A stretch of 64,000 nucleotides of DNA from Squalus acanthias (taxonomy: Eukaryota): NCBI GenBank assembly GCA_030390025.1, contig CM059425.1, positions 163,310,001 to 163,374,000 of the forward strand. The letters are read 5' to 3'. The translations under genes and the position numbers were made by a program. The notes below the pieces were generated by a model. That model was not told the origin of the DNA. It made no database searches and saw only the letters and a program-made list of their open reading frames with translations. Positions 12,100-25,139 of this stretch are shown in pieces (the first letter of the stretch is position 1; each line of letters opens with the position of its first letter).

Positions 12100-14995
12100 T
12101 CATGACGTTAATCAGCAACAAACCAAAGGGTGGCTATTGGGTGACAAGGGCTATCCGCTGATGACTGCGGTGCAAAACCCATGCACACGTGCGCAGCATG
12201 CATACAATGAAAGCCATGCTTCCACACGTAATGTGATAGAACAGACCATTGGCATGCTTAAAACAATGCTTCCATTGCCTGGACCACTCTGGAGAGACCC
12301 TGCAGTTCTCAGCAGAGCGGTTGTCAAGATTCGTGGTGGTCTGTTGCGTGCTGCACAACCTTGTTGTCATGAAGGCACAACCCTTGCCATGAAGCAGCTG
12401 AGGAGGAGGAGGAGGAAGAGGAGAGGAGGAGGTGGAGGACAAAAAGGAAGGGAGGAGGCAACCTAGACAGCCCCTTTCTGGCTGGGTTTCCGTGAAGAAC
12501 TCATCTGAGTGCGATACCGGTAACTGCAACCCCAACTCCCTATTCACCAACAATCCCACATCTTACCTTCCCTCTGTCACTGACCATCACAGTGTACGCT
12601 TGGCCAAAATGCAAAAGTAAAAGCCTCCACAAAATAAACTTTCCAAACCAAATTTATAAATCAAATCATGCCATATTGCATACAAATGTCAACTAATCAC
12701 CTTTGTGCATTCCCTTAGTGCCTGTCTTCTGTGTGGCTTTGCCTGTCCTAGTGCCTCTATGCAGTGCTACCCAGTGGCTGCAGCATGGCTGGTGGAAGGC
12801 TGCTGACTTTCAGTGGGGGAGACTGCAGATGGCCTTGCAGGATGACCTCGAGCAGCTCTGGGCCGAGAAGGCCCGGCTGCGGACTGCACCACCTCAGCAT
12901 GGGAGGCAGCAGTCTGGGCTGGCTGGCTGACAGGCAACAGCAAGGGCACTGGCGGAGTTGGCAGTGGTGTGAGGATGAATGCTGTCATCCTGAGAGAGGA
13001 CAACAGGTTTGTGCTCCATGGAGCCATTTCCCCGGGGCGGTGCCGCAGCAATCCTAGTCATCTGTTGGAGGACAGATTGCTGGACGGCTGTGACACCCTG
13101 CAAGACCCTTTCAACATTGGAATCCAGAGCTATGATGGCAGCAGTCTGAGCTTCCACTGTGGCACTCAGATGTTGGGTGGCTGCTGCTTGTGCTGCAATG
13201 GAAGCTGAGACATCGGCCATCAGACGCTGCATCATGGTTGGGTCCACAAGTGTGCGAACAGAGTTGGTCACCACTGCCATGCTGGAAAAGATGGGCTCCA
13301 AGCTCTGCGCAAAGCCCTGTGCCAAGTTGGTGCCGGACTCCTCCATGCTCCTTGACATTGCACACAGGCTTTCTGGCAGGCTTCCCAATGCACCAAGCAT
13401 TTCATTGTGCACACCCATCAGTCTTCTTCTATAGCATTCCCCATGAAAGTGCTCATCTGAGTCCTCTGCAGCAGAACTCATTTGCGACTTCGCCCTCCGG
13501 GGAGCTGGCACCTGCGCTATCCTTGCCCCCTGCCCTGGCTGTAGGCCACTCATGCCCGGTGTCTCACCACGTGCAGATCCCTCCTCTATGCCATCCTCTA
13601 AATTACACGCAGTGTCAGCTTCTGAAGCTGGTGGCTGCGAGTTAAATCGAGTGATGGTGTGTCTTCATCTTCATTACCTTCCTGGTCTTCCACCACTGCC
13701 TGGCCAGGTTGCAGTCATTGGGTATCTGAAAGGCAAAAGGAACAAGGGTAAGCAGTTCTGCCGAAGGGTCATCGACCTGAAACGTTAACTCTGTTTCTCT
13801 CTCCACAGATGCTGCCTGACCTGTTGAGTATTTCCAGCATTTTCTGTTTTTATTTCAGATTTTCAGCATCCGCAGTATTTTGCTTTTGTAAGGGTAAGGT
13901 TGTGGTGAGAGGATGGGGAGGTGGAAAGCAAGAGGTGAATGCTGACACCATCTGCAGCTTGTAAATCAGAAGCGATTGTGGGGTGAGGGGGAAGTGGGCT
14001 GAGAGAAGGAGGATTAGGTATGAGGATATCAGTTTCTTCAGTTTCAGCTCCACCGCTGGCCATGGCCTCAGCAATGGTCATTCCAATAATGGCCAGCATT
14101 GTCTCCTCCATGGGGATTAGAGCATGCAGGCATGCTTGTCCCCCGCCGGTTAGCTCCTGCTGCCCCCGGTTATGCGCCACCTTGTTCTGCAAGAGAGAGG
14201 AAGTGTGTCAGTGAGTGTGGTGCAATGGGTTTGGGTGATGTGGTGGCCATTTTGAATAGCTGGCAGTGTGTGCAAGCTGTGAGATGTGGATTTGTGCTTG
14301 CAGCAGTGTTAAGTGTGTGAGGGTGAGGTGAAGCTATGAATGTGAGGTATGAGTCCTGATTGATGGAGATTGTGAGATTGTTGGTAGGGGTGTGATGCAT
14401 TGAGCAGTGTGTGAGGCTAGTGGTGCAGTTGGTGGGATATAGCATTCACTGACCTTGACAACTTGTGTGAGGTCATTGAACTTCTTACGGCGCTGCATCC
14501 AGGTCCTCGGGGCTTGACTCCTGGCATTCACCGCCAAGGCTATCTGCTCCCACTGCCTTCTGAGCGTGTGTCTGGAGGGCCTCCTGGCCCCCTGTGGATA
14601 CAGCACATCTTTCCTCCTTTCCACCTCCTCCACCAATACCTCAGTGCAGTGTCGGAAAACCTTGGAGCATGCTCTCTCTCCTTTTGTGCCATTATTGAGT
14701 GTTTCCCAGGTCAGAATCAGTTGTAAAATGACTTCCAGCACCTGCTTCAACCACAATGCACCTCCCCTTTGAGGTGCAGTCTGGCTTTAACTGGTGCTAG
14801 CCTCTCACAGTTTTGGGCCCCCTGCTGATGTGTGCAGCCAATCAACAGCGCGGTTCACGTTGGCTGCATGCAGAAATCATGCAAACGAGCAGGCAGCACG
14901 AAGTTGGCGTTCCGGCTGCATTATATTGAACGGGCGCGGGTTAATCGAGCATAGCGATCCCCGCGTGCATTTTGAGGAAATTGAATTTAGCCCCC
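12100..14995. mobile_element. Degenerate Harbinger transposon, left end missing: transposase 3' half (+) and convergent spliced Myb/SANT-like gene (-)
   Basis: GWLLGDKGYPL..TRNVIEQTIGMLK (12130-12500). Minus strand EVLVEEVERRKDVLYP..QWEQIALAVNARSQAPRTWMQRRKKFNDL (Myb/SANT trihelix), donor at 14453, acceptor at 14187. Terminal GAATTTAGCCCCC at ~14983-14995. Confidence 0.85.
13753..13889 (+). mobile_element. Short Penelope-type repeat starting with a hammerhead-like motif, 9-bp TSD
   Basis: Flanked by AAGGGTAAG (13744-13752, 13890-13898). Begins AGTT-CTGCCGA-A-GGGTC-ATC-GACCT-GAAAC-GT-T-AACT. Confidence 0.65.
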
Positions 14996-15199
14996 CTCCC
15001 CCATAACTTTATGTAACTTCAGTTGGGCTCTGTGCAGCTGTTTCTCATTCACTGATTCTTAAAGCTGCATTATATTGTGATCTGTGCCTGTTTCTATAGG
15101 AATGGTCATTATCTACTGCTTTGAGAGGGTACAAAATGGGATATAGGTTCTGGAGGGGGAGAATCGCACGCCCGGCACCTGTGTCTGCATCTCAGGAAA

Positions 15200-16870
15200 T
15201 CAACAAGGACCCGTCCTTACACTGTTAACTGCATATACAGGTCCAGAAACTTGTACCTGGACATGTATGGCAAAACCTGCATGTGGAGACCATACTTTGC
15301 CAAAGTAGCTGACACCAAACTTCACATTTCTGAGGACAGACCTGTAAAACACATCAGCAACAGGAACAGCTCTCTCAGTCTCAGCCAAAGTGACAACAGC
15401 CTCAAATCTTTTGGCAACAAGGTCATTCAAAGTAACAAGAAGAAATATTTAACAACTGATCCAACCTGCAGTGTGTATTTGCATCTGAATTCCATAGGTG
15501 CTGTGAGAGTGACTGCCCTTGACATCAAGGCAGCATTTGACCGAGTGAGGCATCAAGGAGCCCGAGTAAAACTGAAGTCAATGGGAATCGGGGGAAAACT
15601 CTCTGCTGGCTGGAGTCATACCTAGCACAAAGGAAGATAGTTGTGGTGGTTGAAGGTCAATCATCTCAGCCTCAGGACATCGCTGCAGGAGTTCCCCAGG
15701 GCAGTGTCCTAGACCTAACCATCTTCAGCTGCTTCATCAATGACCTTCCCTCCATCATAAGGTCAGAAGTGGGGATGTTCGCTGATGATTGCACAGTGTT
15801 CAGTTCCATTCGCAACTCAGATAATGAAGCAGTCCATGCCTGCATGCAACAAGACCTGGACGACATTCAGGCTTGGGCTGATAAATGGCTAGTAACATTC
15901 GCACCACACAAGTGCCAGGCAATGACTATCTCCAACAAGCGAGCGTCTAACCACCGCGCCTTGACATTCAACGGCATTACCATTGCCGAATCCCCCACCA
16001 TCAACATCCTGGGGGTCACCACTGACCAGAAACTTAACATTGACCAGCCACATAAATACTGTGGCTACAAGAGCAGGTCAGAGCTGGGTATTCTGCAATG
16101 AGTGTCTCACCTCCTGACTCCCCAAAGCCTTTTCACCATCTAGAAAGCACAACTCAGGAGTGTGATGGAATACTCCCCACTTACCTGGATGAGTGCAGCT
16201 CCAACAACACTCGAGAAGCTTGACACCATCCAGGACAAAGCAGCTCGCTTGATTGGCACCCCATCCACCACTTTAAACATTCACTCCCTCCACCACCAGC
16301 GCACTGTGGCTGCAGTGTGTACCATCTATGAGATGCACTGCAGCAACTCGCCAAGGCTTCTTCGACGGCACCTCCCAAACCCGCAACCTCAACTACCTAG
16401 AAGGACAATGGCAGCAGGCGCATGCGAACACCATCACCTCCAAGTCACACAGCATCCTGACTTGGAAATATATCGCCGTTCCTTCATCGTCGCTGGGTCA
16501 AAATCCTGGAACTCCCTTCCTAACAGCACTATGGGAGTACCTTCACCACACGGACTGCAGCAGTTCAAGGAGGTGGCTCACCACCACCTTTTCAAGGGCA
16601 ATTAGGGATGGGCAATAAATGCTGGCCTTGCCAGCGACGCCCACATCCCAGGAACAAATTTTTAAAAAGGTTACAGATGCCATGTTTGCCCAGGCCTTTC
16701 AGTTCAGCAACTTCCGCATGAAAGAGACAGAGCACCATATGGCTGCATGCTTCAAAGTGCATGGGACGCACGTGACCATAAGGGTCCCAAAACCAAGCCA
16801 ATCCTTTGATGAAAAGAAAAGTGTTCCACTCCATTAATGTGTAGCTGGTCTCTGACCGTGGGCTGGGTGT
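15200..16870 (+). mobile_element. Old Harbinger transposase remnant split by a LINE
   Basis: RPY..IYRSRNLYLDM.. and TALSVSAKVTTASNLLATRSF (cf. TSLSVAVKVTVALNFYATGSF at 62.8 kb); resumes at ~16665 with KKVTDAMFAQ..GTHVTIR. Confidence 0.6.
15505..16655 (+). mobile_element. CR1-group LINE family B, 5'-truncated RT fragment
   Basis: [44 protein letters not shown]; family 3' end at ~16600-16650. Confidence 0.9.
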
Positions 16871-17229
16871 TATGGGTGTGGCATTGCCCTAATTGCTAGT
16901 TCCATCATCTATGATAGCTCCAACCATGCCCTTCTGCAGGGTGCTCTCAGCATTGCCAGAGATCTGTGTGTGAGCAGGACACTGGGAAACAATGAGGTCG
17001 TTGAGACTCTCCATTTTGACAATCTCAATCTAATTCCTTAATATAATGAATCCCAACAAAATAGGCTGCTGATTGGAATCCAAGGTCACAAGAGCTCCAG
17101 TCAAGGGAAGTAAGCTATGCCTAAGTTTAAGACCTCAGCTGAGAAGTGCTCCATAGCAGAAACCTGTGGAGCGCCACACTGTCCATTAGTGGTCTGCTGC
17201 TTGATCAATGGGTCATGTAGCACTGCACA

Positions 17230-17470
17230 GATGCAATGTTAATCCGAGGCCCCATCTGCCCTGTCAGGTGGATGTGAATAATTCCATGTCACTATTTGAA
17301 GAGCAGGAGAATATCCCTCAACCAACACCACTAAAACAATGGGGCCATTTACCTCATTGCTGTTTGTGGGACTTTGTGGTATGCAAATTGGCTGTTGCAT
17401 TTCCCTATATTAACAGTAACCACACTTCAAAAGTACTTAATTGTCTGTAAAGCATGTGGAATGTCTTTAT
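17230..17470 (+). mobile_element. Deu-domain SINE fragment
   Basis: CAGGTGGATGTGAATAATTCCATGTCACTATTTGAAGAGCAGG..TTGCTGTTTGTGGGA..CAAATTGGCTG matches the SINE at 41386-41802. Confidence 0.6.
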
Positions 17471-18005
17471 GAACTGCTCATGCTGAATTACCTGCCTCCG
17501 GCCTCTACTTATAAATGTAAGCATTAGTTGTGACAAGCACATCTAACACCTGTAGAGCCTTTTCTTTGTGCAGCTAACATTATTGTGGAGTAAGGTGGGT
17601 GGGTTTGGGTTGGGTGGAATATTAAAATGTAAAAAATCTCAAACCTGAACCCAACCCACCTCAAACCCAACCCACCTCGAATCCAACCCACCTCGAACCC
17701 GCCCACTTCCAGTTTTAACGGAAGCGGGACGAGGGGCGGGCAACCAACCTGCTCCCAGGAGGCGGGTCACTCATTTAAATATTTTAATGAGTCTCCGTGC
17801 TTCTGATTTTATCTCTCTTCCAGCTTTAACGCTGGATGGCCGGAAGCTAATGGAAGACGAGGACAACTGGATGGAAGAGTTAAGTGCTTTTCCAGCACTG
17901 CTTGTGGGCCAGGAGGAGCAGGAGTGCTTCCCCCAACCCACCAAGCAAACCCGTTTTCCACTCCACATGATCGGGCCCCCGCCCCCCTGTCCCTCCCCCC
18001 ACAAT

Positions 18006-18195
18006 CAGAGTTAGCATTTCAGGTCGATGGCCTTTCATCAGAGATGATGCAGAAGGGAGGAGTTTTGACAAAAGGTCATTGACCTGAAACGTTAACTCTG
18101 TTTCTCTCTCCACAGATGCTGCCTGACCTGCTGAGCATTTCCAGCATTTTCCGTTTTTATTTCAGATTTCCAGCATCCGCAGTATTTTGTTTTTG
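18006..18195. mobile_element. Penelope-type short repeat with inverted duplication of the hammerhead-like segment
   Basis: Minus copy 18006-18043 and plus copy 18061-18100 of ..TGANNAAAGGYCATYGACCTGAAAYGYTAACTCTG, followed by the same body as 13790-13889. Confidence 0.6.
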
Positions 18196-18219
18196 AAATC
18201 AGATGATGATTGGAGAGTT

Positions 18220-18915
18220 AACTTTCAGGTGCAGCAAGCAGTTAGGAAGGCAAATGGTATGTTGGCCTTCATTGCAAGAGGATTTGAGTACAGGAGCAAG
18301 GATGTCTTACTACAGTTGTACAGGGCCTTGGTGAGACCACACCTGGAGTACTGTGTGCAGTTTTGGTCTCCTTACCTAAGAAAGGAATACTTGCCATAGA
18401 GGGAGTGCAGCGAAGGTTCACCAGACTGATTCCTGGGATGGCAGGACCGTCGTATGAGGAGAGATTGGGTCGACTAGGCCTATATTCACTAGAGTTTAGA
18501 AGAATGAGAGGGGATCTCATTGAAATGTATAAAATTCTGACAGGGCTAGACAGACTGGATGCAGGGAGGATGTTTCCCCTGGCTGGGGTGGTCTAGAATG
18601 AGGGGTCACAGTCTCAGGATATGGGGTAGGACATTTAGGACTGAGATGAGGAGAAATTTCTTCACTCAGAGGGTGGTGAACCTGTGGAATGCTCTACCAC
18701 AGAAGGCTGTGGAGGCTAAGTCACTGAATATATTTAAGAAGGAGATAGATAGATTTCTAGACACAAAAGGCATCAAGAGGTATGAGGAGAGAGCGGGAAT
18801 ATGGTATTGAGATCGAGGATCAGCCATGATCATATTGAATGGCGGAGCAGGCTCAAAGGGCCGAATGGCCTACTCCTGCTTCTATTTTTCTGTGTTTTTA
18901 TGTTTCTATGTTTCG
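18220..18915 (+). mobile_element. CR1 (HER1-like) 3' fragment
   Basis: QVQQAVRKANGMLAFIARG..LVRPHLEYCVQFWSP..RRNFFTQRVVNLWN; tail TTTCTATGTTTC. Confidence 0.9.
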
Positions 18916-19295
18916 TGGTTTTAGGAAGGACTGGGAAGTAATGGTAGAAGGTGAAGTGGCATTATGGGAGCTGTGGGAGTACCTTCACCACTCGGACTGC
19001 AGCGGTTCAAGAAGGCGGCTCACCACCACCTTCTCAAGGGCAAATAGGGAAGGGCAATAAATGCTGGCCTTGCCAGCGACGCCCAGATCACATAAGCGAA
19101 TAAAATTTAAAAAAAAATCATGTAGTTTTGTGGGAGACCATAAGACAGATGAGAACCAAGTCTTCACTAGTAATTTTGGGGATTTTGATCTTCCTCATAT
19201 TGACTGGAGTGCACAGTGGGGACAGTCTGCTTGTGAGTGGGGAATTATTGAAATTGTGAGGGATATTAAGGAATCCATAAGGAGTAATGCAACAT

Positions 19296-21272
19296 TGGTG
19301 GATAAAGGGGAACCAGTAGATGTAGTGTATTTGGATTTCCAGAAGGCATTCGATAAGGTGCCACATAAAAGGTTACTGCACAAGATAAGAGCGCACGGGG
19401 TTGGGGGTAATATATTGTCTTGGATAGGGGATTGGCTAACTAACAGAAAACAGAGAGTCAGGATAAATGGGTCATTTTCCGGTTGGCAATCAGTAACTAG
19501 TGGGGTGCCACAGGGATCAGTGCTGGTGCCTCAAATATATACAATCTATATTAATGACTTGGATGAAGGGACCGAGTGTACTGTAGCCAAATTTGCTGAT
19601 GATACAAAGATAGGTGGGTTAGCAAGTTGTGAGGAGGACACAAAGGGCTGGATTTTGTCTTGGGGTCGGGTTGGGGTCGTGTAATCCGCATTTCGTGTTT
19701 CCCCCCCGACTCCAGATTAATGTGGGTGCCTGATGCAATTTTCACTTAATTGGGCAATTAAATTGGAGCATGTGGGAACCCATGAACTAATTAGTGTTTT
19801 CAGTCTGAAACCCGCCTCTGATGATGTCATGAGTACTGACTGCCTAGTCTCAGAGACTGTTGGTGAGAGAGGGGTTGCCTGGCTTATGATGTGAGTGGAC
19901 CTGGATGCAGAAATGGGGGGGGGGGAGGGGAGAAGAGAGAGAGAGAGAGAGAGAGAGAATTTTTTTGCCAAGTAAGTCCTCCCAGGCAGTCTCTTAAGAC
20001 ATTCAATGCAGCAGCATCAGAGGCAATGTTCAGACCTAATACTACTAGCACCACTACCACCTTCATCACATCTCCGTTGTAATAGTGCACTTGCAGCCGA
20101 AAGTCAGCTATCCACTTGTGCTCCCGCCAGGTTTCACTGGAGTGTTTCACACCAGGCGTGCTTCACGTCAGAAGAGGGTTAAACTAGCTACAGCGTTTCA
20201 AAATCGCATTACAGAGCCAATTTAGAGCTTGTTAAGGGCTTTAATGGCCTCTCCCGCCTCTTGGAGGCGGGACGGAATCGGGAACCCCGCGACTGATTAT
20301 GTCAAAATTGCGTGGAGGCGGGATGGGGTCGGAAACCCCGACCCCGCAAATTTAACCCCCCACACGCCTCCAAACCCGACTCCATGGGTCATTCAAAATC
20401 CAGCCCAAAGAGTCTGCAAAGGGATATAGATAGGTTAAGTGAGTGGGCAAAAATTTTGCAGATGGAGTATAATGTGGGAAAATGTGAGGTTATCCACTTT
20501 GGAAGGAAGAATGAAAAAGCAAATGATTATTTAAATGGAGTGAGACTACAAAATGCTGCAGTACAAAGGGATCTGGGGGTCCTAGTACATGAAACACAAA
20601 AAGTTAGCATGCAGGTACAGCGAGTAATTAGGAAGGCTACTGGAATGTTGGCCTTTATTGCAAGGGGTATGGAGTATAAAAGTAGGGAAGTTTTGTATGC
20701 TGGTGAGACCGCACCTGGAGTACTGTGTACAGTTGTGGTCTCCATATTTAAGGAAGGATATACTTGCATTGGAGGCAGTGCAGAGAAGGTTCACTAGGTT
20801 GATTCCTGGGATGAAGGGGTTGACGTATGACGAAAGGTTGAGCAGGTTGGGCCTGTAATCATTGGAGTTTAGAAGAATGAGAGGTGATCTTATTGAAACA
20901 TATAAGATTCTGAGGGGGATTGCAGGGTGGATGCTGAGAGGATGTTTCCCCTCGCGGGGGTATCTAGAACTAGGGGGCATAGTTTCAGAATAAGGGGTCG
21001 CCCATTTAAGATGGCGAGGAGGAGGAATTTCTTCTCAGAGGGTCGTGAATCTTTGGAATTCTCTACCCCAGAGAGCTGTGGAGGCAGAGTCATTGAATAT
21101 ATTCAAGGCAGAGATTGACAAACATTTGAACTACAAGGGAGTCAAGGGGTATGGGGAGAGAGCGGAAAAGTGGTGTTGAGGCCAAGATTGGATCAGCCAT
21201 GATCATATTGAATGGCGGAGCAGGCTCGAGGGGCCAATTGGCCTACTCCTGCTCCTGTTTCTTATTTTCTTA
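19296..21272 (+). mobile_element. CR1 (HER1-like) RT/3' fragment interrupted by a MITE
   Basis: [53 protein letters not shown]; 3' tail ~21255-21272. Confidence 0.9.
19645..20406. mobile_element. Harbinger-type MITE (same termini as 6697-7543)
   Basis: GGGCTGGATTTT...AAAATCCAGCCC, TSD AAA (19642-19644, 20407-20409); contains (GA)n at ~19933-19958. Confidence 0.85.
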
Positions 21273-22740
21273 TTGCATTTAGTTCTAAAGAATGAGGAAG
21301 GAACAATGAGCAAAGTAAAAGTAAGGGAACAGTTAGGATCTAGTCACTATAATAAGTGACATTCAGAATAGACACAAGGGCAGAAAACAAAAGGAAACCA
21401 ATTAAAAAGCTAAATTTTAAAGAAGCTGATTTTAAGGGTATGAAAGAATAAATAGGAATGGTAAAATGTATGAAGATGTGAAAGGAATGTGGAATCGTTT
21501 CAAAGGAATAGTTTTTAAGATGCATTTGGAATTTATCCCTGAAATAGGTTAGAGAATACAAAATGTTTAAATGTTCAGTAAAGGAACAGGATAAGGAGAT
21601 CTATAAAGGTAGGCTGAGGAACACCAAGAAACAAATGAGGGCTGCAAAGAAGGATCACAAGAAAAACGTAGTTAGAAACATGAAGCAGAACAGTAAAGAA
21701 TTCTTCAAGTGTATCAGGAGTAAACAGAGGCCGTTTGCAGGCCCAGACCCAGATTCCACCTTCAAAAAAGGGACAAGGGATGAACCATCAGATTATAGAC
21801 ATGCAAGCCTTACTTCCACTCATGGGAAAGTGAAAGTATTATTAGGATAATGTAAGAGAGCATTTAAGTAGCATGAGCTAATCTAAGACAGCATAGTTTT
21901 AGGAGTGGTCAGTTATGCTTAACTAATTTATTGGATTCCAAAAACTATGAGGCGTTTTGACAGAAACTGTTTCCACTGGTGGGTGGGTCAGTAACCAGGG
22001 AACACAGATTTAAGATAATTGGTAAAAGAACCAGAGTGGAGATGAGGGGAAATATTTTTATGCAGCAAGTTATTATGACCTGGAATGCACTGTGTGAAAA
22101 GGTGGTGGAAGCAGATTCAATAGTAACTTTCAAAAGGGAATTCGATATATATTTGAAAAGAAAATATTTGCATCGTTATGAGAAACGATGGGGGAGTGGG
22201 ACTAATTGGATATCTCTTTCAACGAGCCAGCAGAGGCACGATGGGCTGAATGGCCTCCTTCTGTGCTGTAAGATTCTATGGTTCTATGATAGACTACTGC
22301 ATAAGCTCCAAGCCCATGGGATAGATGGTAATGTATTAAAATCTATTGGCAAATGGTTGGTTGGTAGACAACAATGAGGGGTAGTGCATGAGCAGGTATC
22401 TGTTGGCAGCCAGTTACTAGTGGAGTGCGACAAGGTTCAGTGTCGGGGATGCTGTTGTTTAGAATTTTTAAAAATTATTTAGAGAAGGAATTGTGTCCAA
22501 AATGTTCAGATTTGTGGATGACACCAAATTGAGAGCAGTGGCAAATGATGAACATTAATGCAGACAAATTCGAAAGGATTTTGTAAGAAATGTAAGGTTA
22601 TAGCATTTGGCCGAGGAAAGGTTGCTGTGGATTATGTGCTATTTAAGGTTACAGAGCAGGAGAGAGATCTTGGGGTTTTAGTGGATAGGTCAATAAAACC
22701 ATTAGCACAATGTTCCCAAGCTGTTAAAAAAGCAAACATA

Positions 22741-23546
22741 GGTCTGGAGTTTCTGCATGATTTCCATCCAGATAACAGCTTAATCTGGGCGGAACCAAGT
22801 CAAATAGTGCAAAACAATCACGGAATTTTAGGCACAAGTGAGTTACACCCATAACTACATCAAGTATCCACAATCTTTTAAGTCTGTTCCAACGACCCTT
22901 CGCTCGAACCATTCCCCACCCACAAAACTGGGCAGCCCCCTCCCCCCCTCCCCGAGTCACAAAAGCAGGTTTCTAGCAATTGCACTTGTTTGGGGGCTTC
23001 ATTGAATTGCACCCACATTCTCGGACGTACAGACACCCATGGTCACATAAATCCAGTGCAAATCAGCTGACCAGCAGTGAATTAAAGCCTCAGGCCTGCA
23101 CTGCTGCTGCAGGAATCATATATTCTTTGAAAAACTTGTTGGATAGTTTAATTCTCTAGATATTCTTCTGCAGGGAGGGAAAAGTTGAAAATACATCAGA
23201 CTCTGTGCTGAGCGATTTAAATTAATTGCTGTAAAAGTTTGTAGAACAGAGAGATAAGTGCTGCACACGTTGTATTCTCCAGCCTCACTCAGAAAGGGAT
23301 TTTTTTTTTAACCTCGCTTTATATACTACCCTATCCTAGCACCTTGAGGCCCCATTGGCCCTGTTCCAGTCACTAATCAATTGCACTGCTTGATTACATT
23401 GATTCATGGGAGATTTCATGTTCGGGCTTATGCTAATGAGTTTCTGCAGAAATTTGGGTGCAATTTCACCTCGACCAGACGGGCGCAGTGTCGGGTGCAT
23501 TTTGAGCGCAAATTTCCAATTGCTCCCCTAGCGGAAACTCAAGGCC
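22741..23546. mobile_element. Harbinger-type MITE
   Basis: GGTCTGGAGTTTC ... GAAACTCAAGGCC imperfect TIR, TSD ATA/AGA; removal restores CR1 KKAN-RML. Confidence 0.65.
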
Positions 23547-23841
23547 AGAATGCTGAGATGTATAGCAATGTGTGTAACATAAATCCAGAGGTGCCATTTT
23601 AAAACTGTATTTAGCCCCGTTGAGACCACATCTGGAGTGCTGCGTGCAGTTTTGGTTTCTCTATTTCATAAAGGATATTCAGTTATTGGAGCAGGTAAGA
23701 AAGGCTACATGTTGATCCCAATACTTTAAGGGAATGACCTATGAGGAAAGATTGACTATGCTGGGTCTTTTCTCTCTTGAAAAGAGAAGACTGAGAGGGG
23801 ATATGATAGAAGTGTTTAAAATTGAGAAGTTTGGACAAATT

Positions 23842-24567
23842 GGGCCGTATATTCCGATCCCTATGGGTGTGTACGGGCTGTGTACCCACCCGTAGGGACA
23901 TCGGAAATGCCGGTTTCAGGCATGCACAGCGCATGCACTGAAAACCAGCATTTCCGATCGGTCAAGAATGCTTTTGACAGATCGGACGCTTGCCCTGGAG
24001 AAGGGCCTCTGTGGGCGGATAGTTCCGCTTTCTGGAGAACCTCCGCCCACAGAAAACCCTTAGAAATCTTACGCCTGGTAAAAGATTTGAAAAAAGTGAA
24101 AAAAAAATATTTTTCACTCATTTATCATTTTAAAATACTTTAATAAAAGGTAAGTTTATTTTTAGTCCGTAAAAAACTTTAATTATTTTTTCAAAAAATT
24201 AAATTTTGTTTAAAATATTTAATTTATTGTAATTTCAACTCATTTTAAAAATGTGATTTAAAAAAATAATTTATTTAATGTTTTACAGTGTTTTTGGGGT
24301 GATCCCCATTCATATATTTGACAGGTCTATCTGTCAAGTGTATGAAGGGAGATTCCCTTCTTTGATTGGCTCCCCATGGCCCACGTGATCCCAGGGACGC
24401 TTGCGAACCGCATGCGCCTTTGGGATACGCCGGCCCTGCGCATTTTGAGTTGGAGAGGCCCAGGAGCGGAAGTGTCCGGACCTCGGGAGCCCTCAGGTAA
24501 GTCCGTAAATTTTTTCCAGATCGGAGGCCTCTGCACGCGGGAAGCCTCCGATCGGAAAATACGGCCC
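23842..24567. mobile_element. Harbinger-type MITE with AT-rich core
   Basis: TIR GGGCCGTATATTCCGATC / GATCGGAAAATACGGCCC, TSD ATT (23839-23841, 24568-24570). Confidence 0.85.
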
Positions 24568-25139
24568 ATTGGATCCAAGTGAGCTTTTTTTGACATATTT
24601 GCAGAATTTAAGCACAAATTATATTTACAAATTAAGGACAACAAAAGAACATAAGAAGTGCAGGAGGAACTTTTTTACTGAAAGGATGGTAAATATGTGG
24701 AATAGATTGCCAGCATGGGTGGTGGAACAAGAAACCTTAATGAATTTCAAGAAGGAACCTAACAGGCTCTTGTCAACAAATAGGATTCAGGTTTATTGGA
24801 AATGCACCAAGGGAATACTGGATAGGTGGGCTAGATGGATTTTGGATTTTCTCCTAACTGAAACTGTTACTATGCTATTTTTCTCATTTGTGGAATATTA
24901 CATTTATTCCATCTATATAAGAAAACATTCCAACCAGAGGTATTTAAAAAAATAAGCAGCTATATAACTATGCAACTCACAAACCAAACTCACCAGTGTT
25001 ACACAGCCAACCCAGGGTAAATTCATTTGTGTGGTCTCCTTCACTCATAGAATAAACATTGTATTGAACAACCTCCTGAGCTTTATATGGCTCACAAATA
25101 CATCTTTGGATTCCTTGCAACAAGCTCAGTCCCGTAAAA

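Larger units (their letters stand above)
21275..24850 (+). mobile_element. Old, decayed CR1 remnant(s) hosting two MITEs and a younger CR1 3' piece (~21960-22290)
   Basis: Scattered CR1 motifs: EFFKCIRSK, FKKGTRDEPSDYRHASLTS, FVDDTKL, QAVKKAN|RML, RRNFFTERMVNMWNRLP. Confidence 0.65.

Noticed and set aside
15090..15625. Apparent splice acceptor and 124-aa ORF as a host exon
   Set aside because: The ORF is a chimera of a decayed Harbinger transposase and a LINE RT fragment.
17640..17706. Three short AACCCAACCCACCTC-like repeats
   Set aside because: Probably subterminal repeats of a decayed MITE; ends could not be defined.
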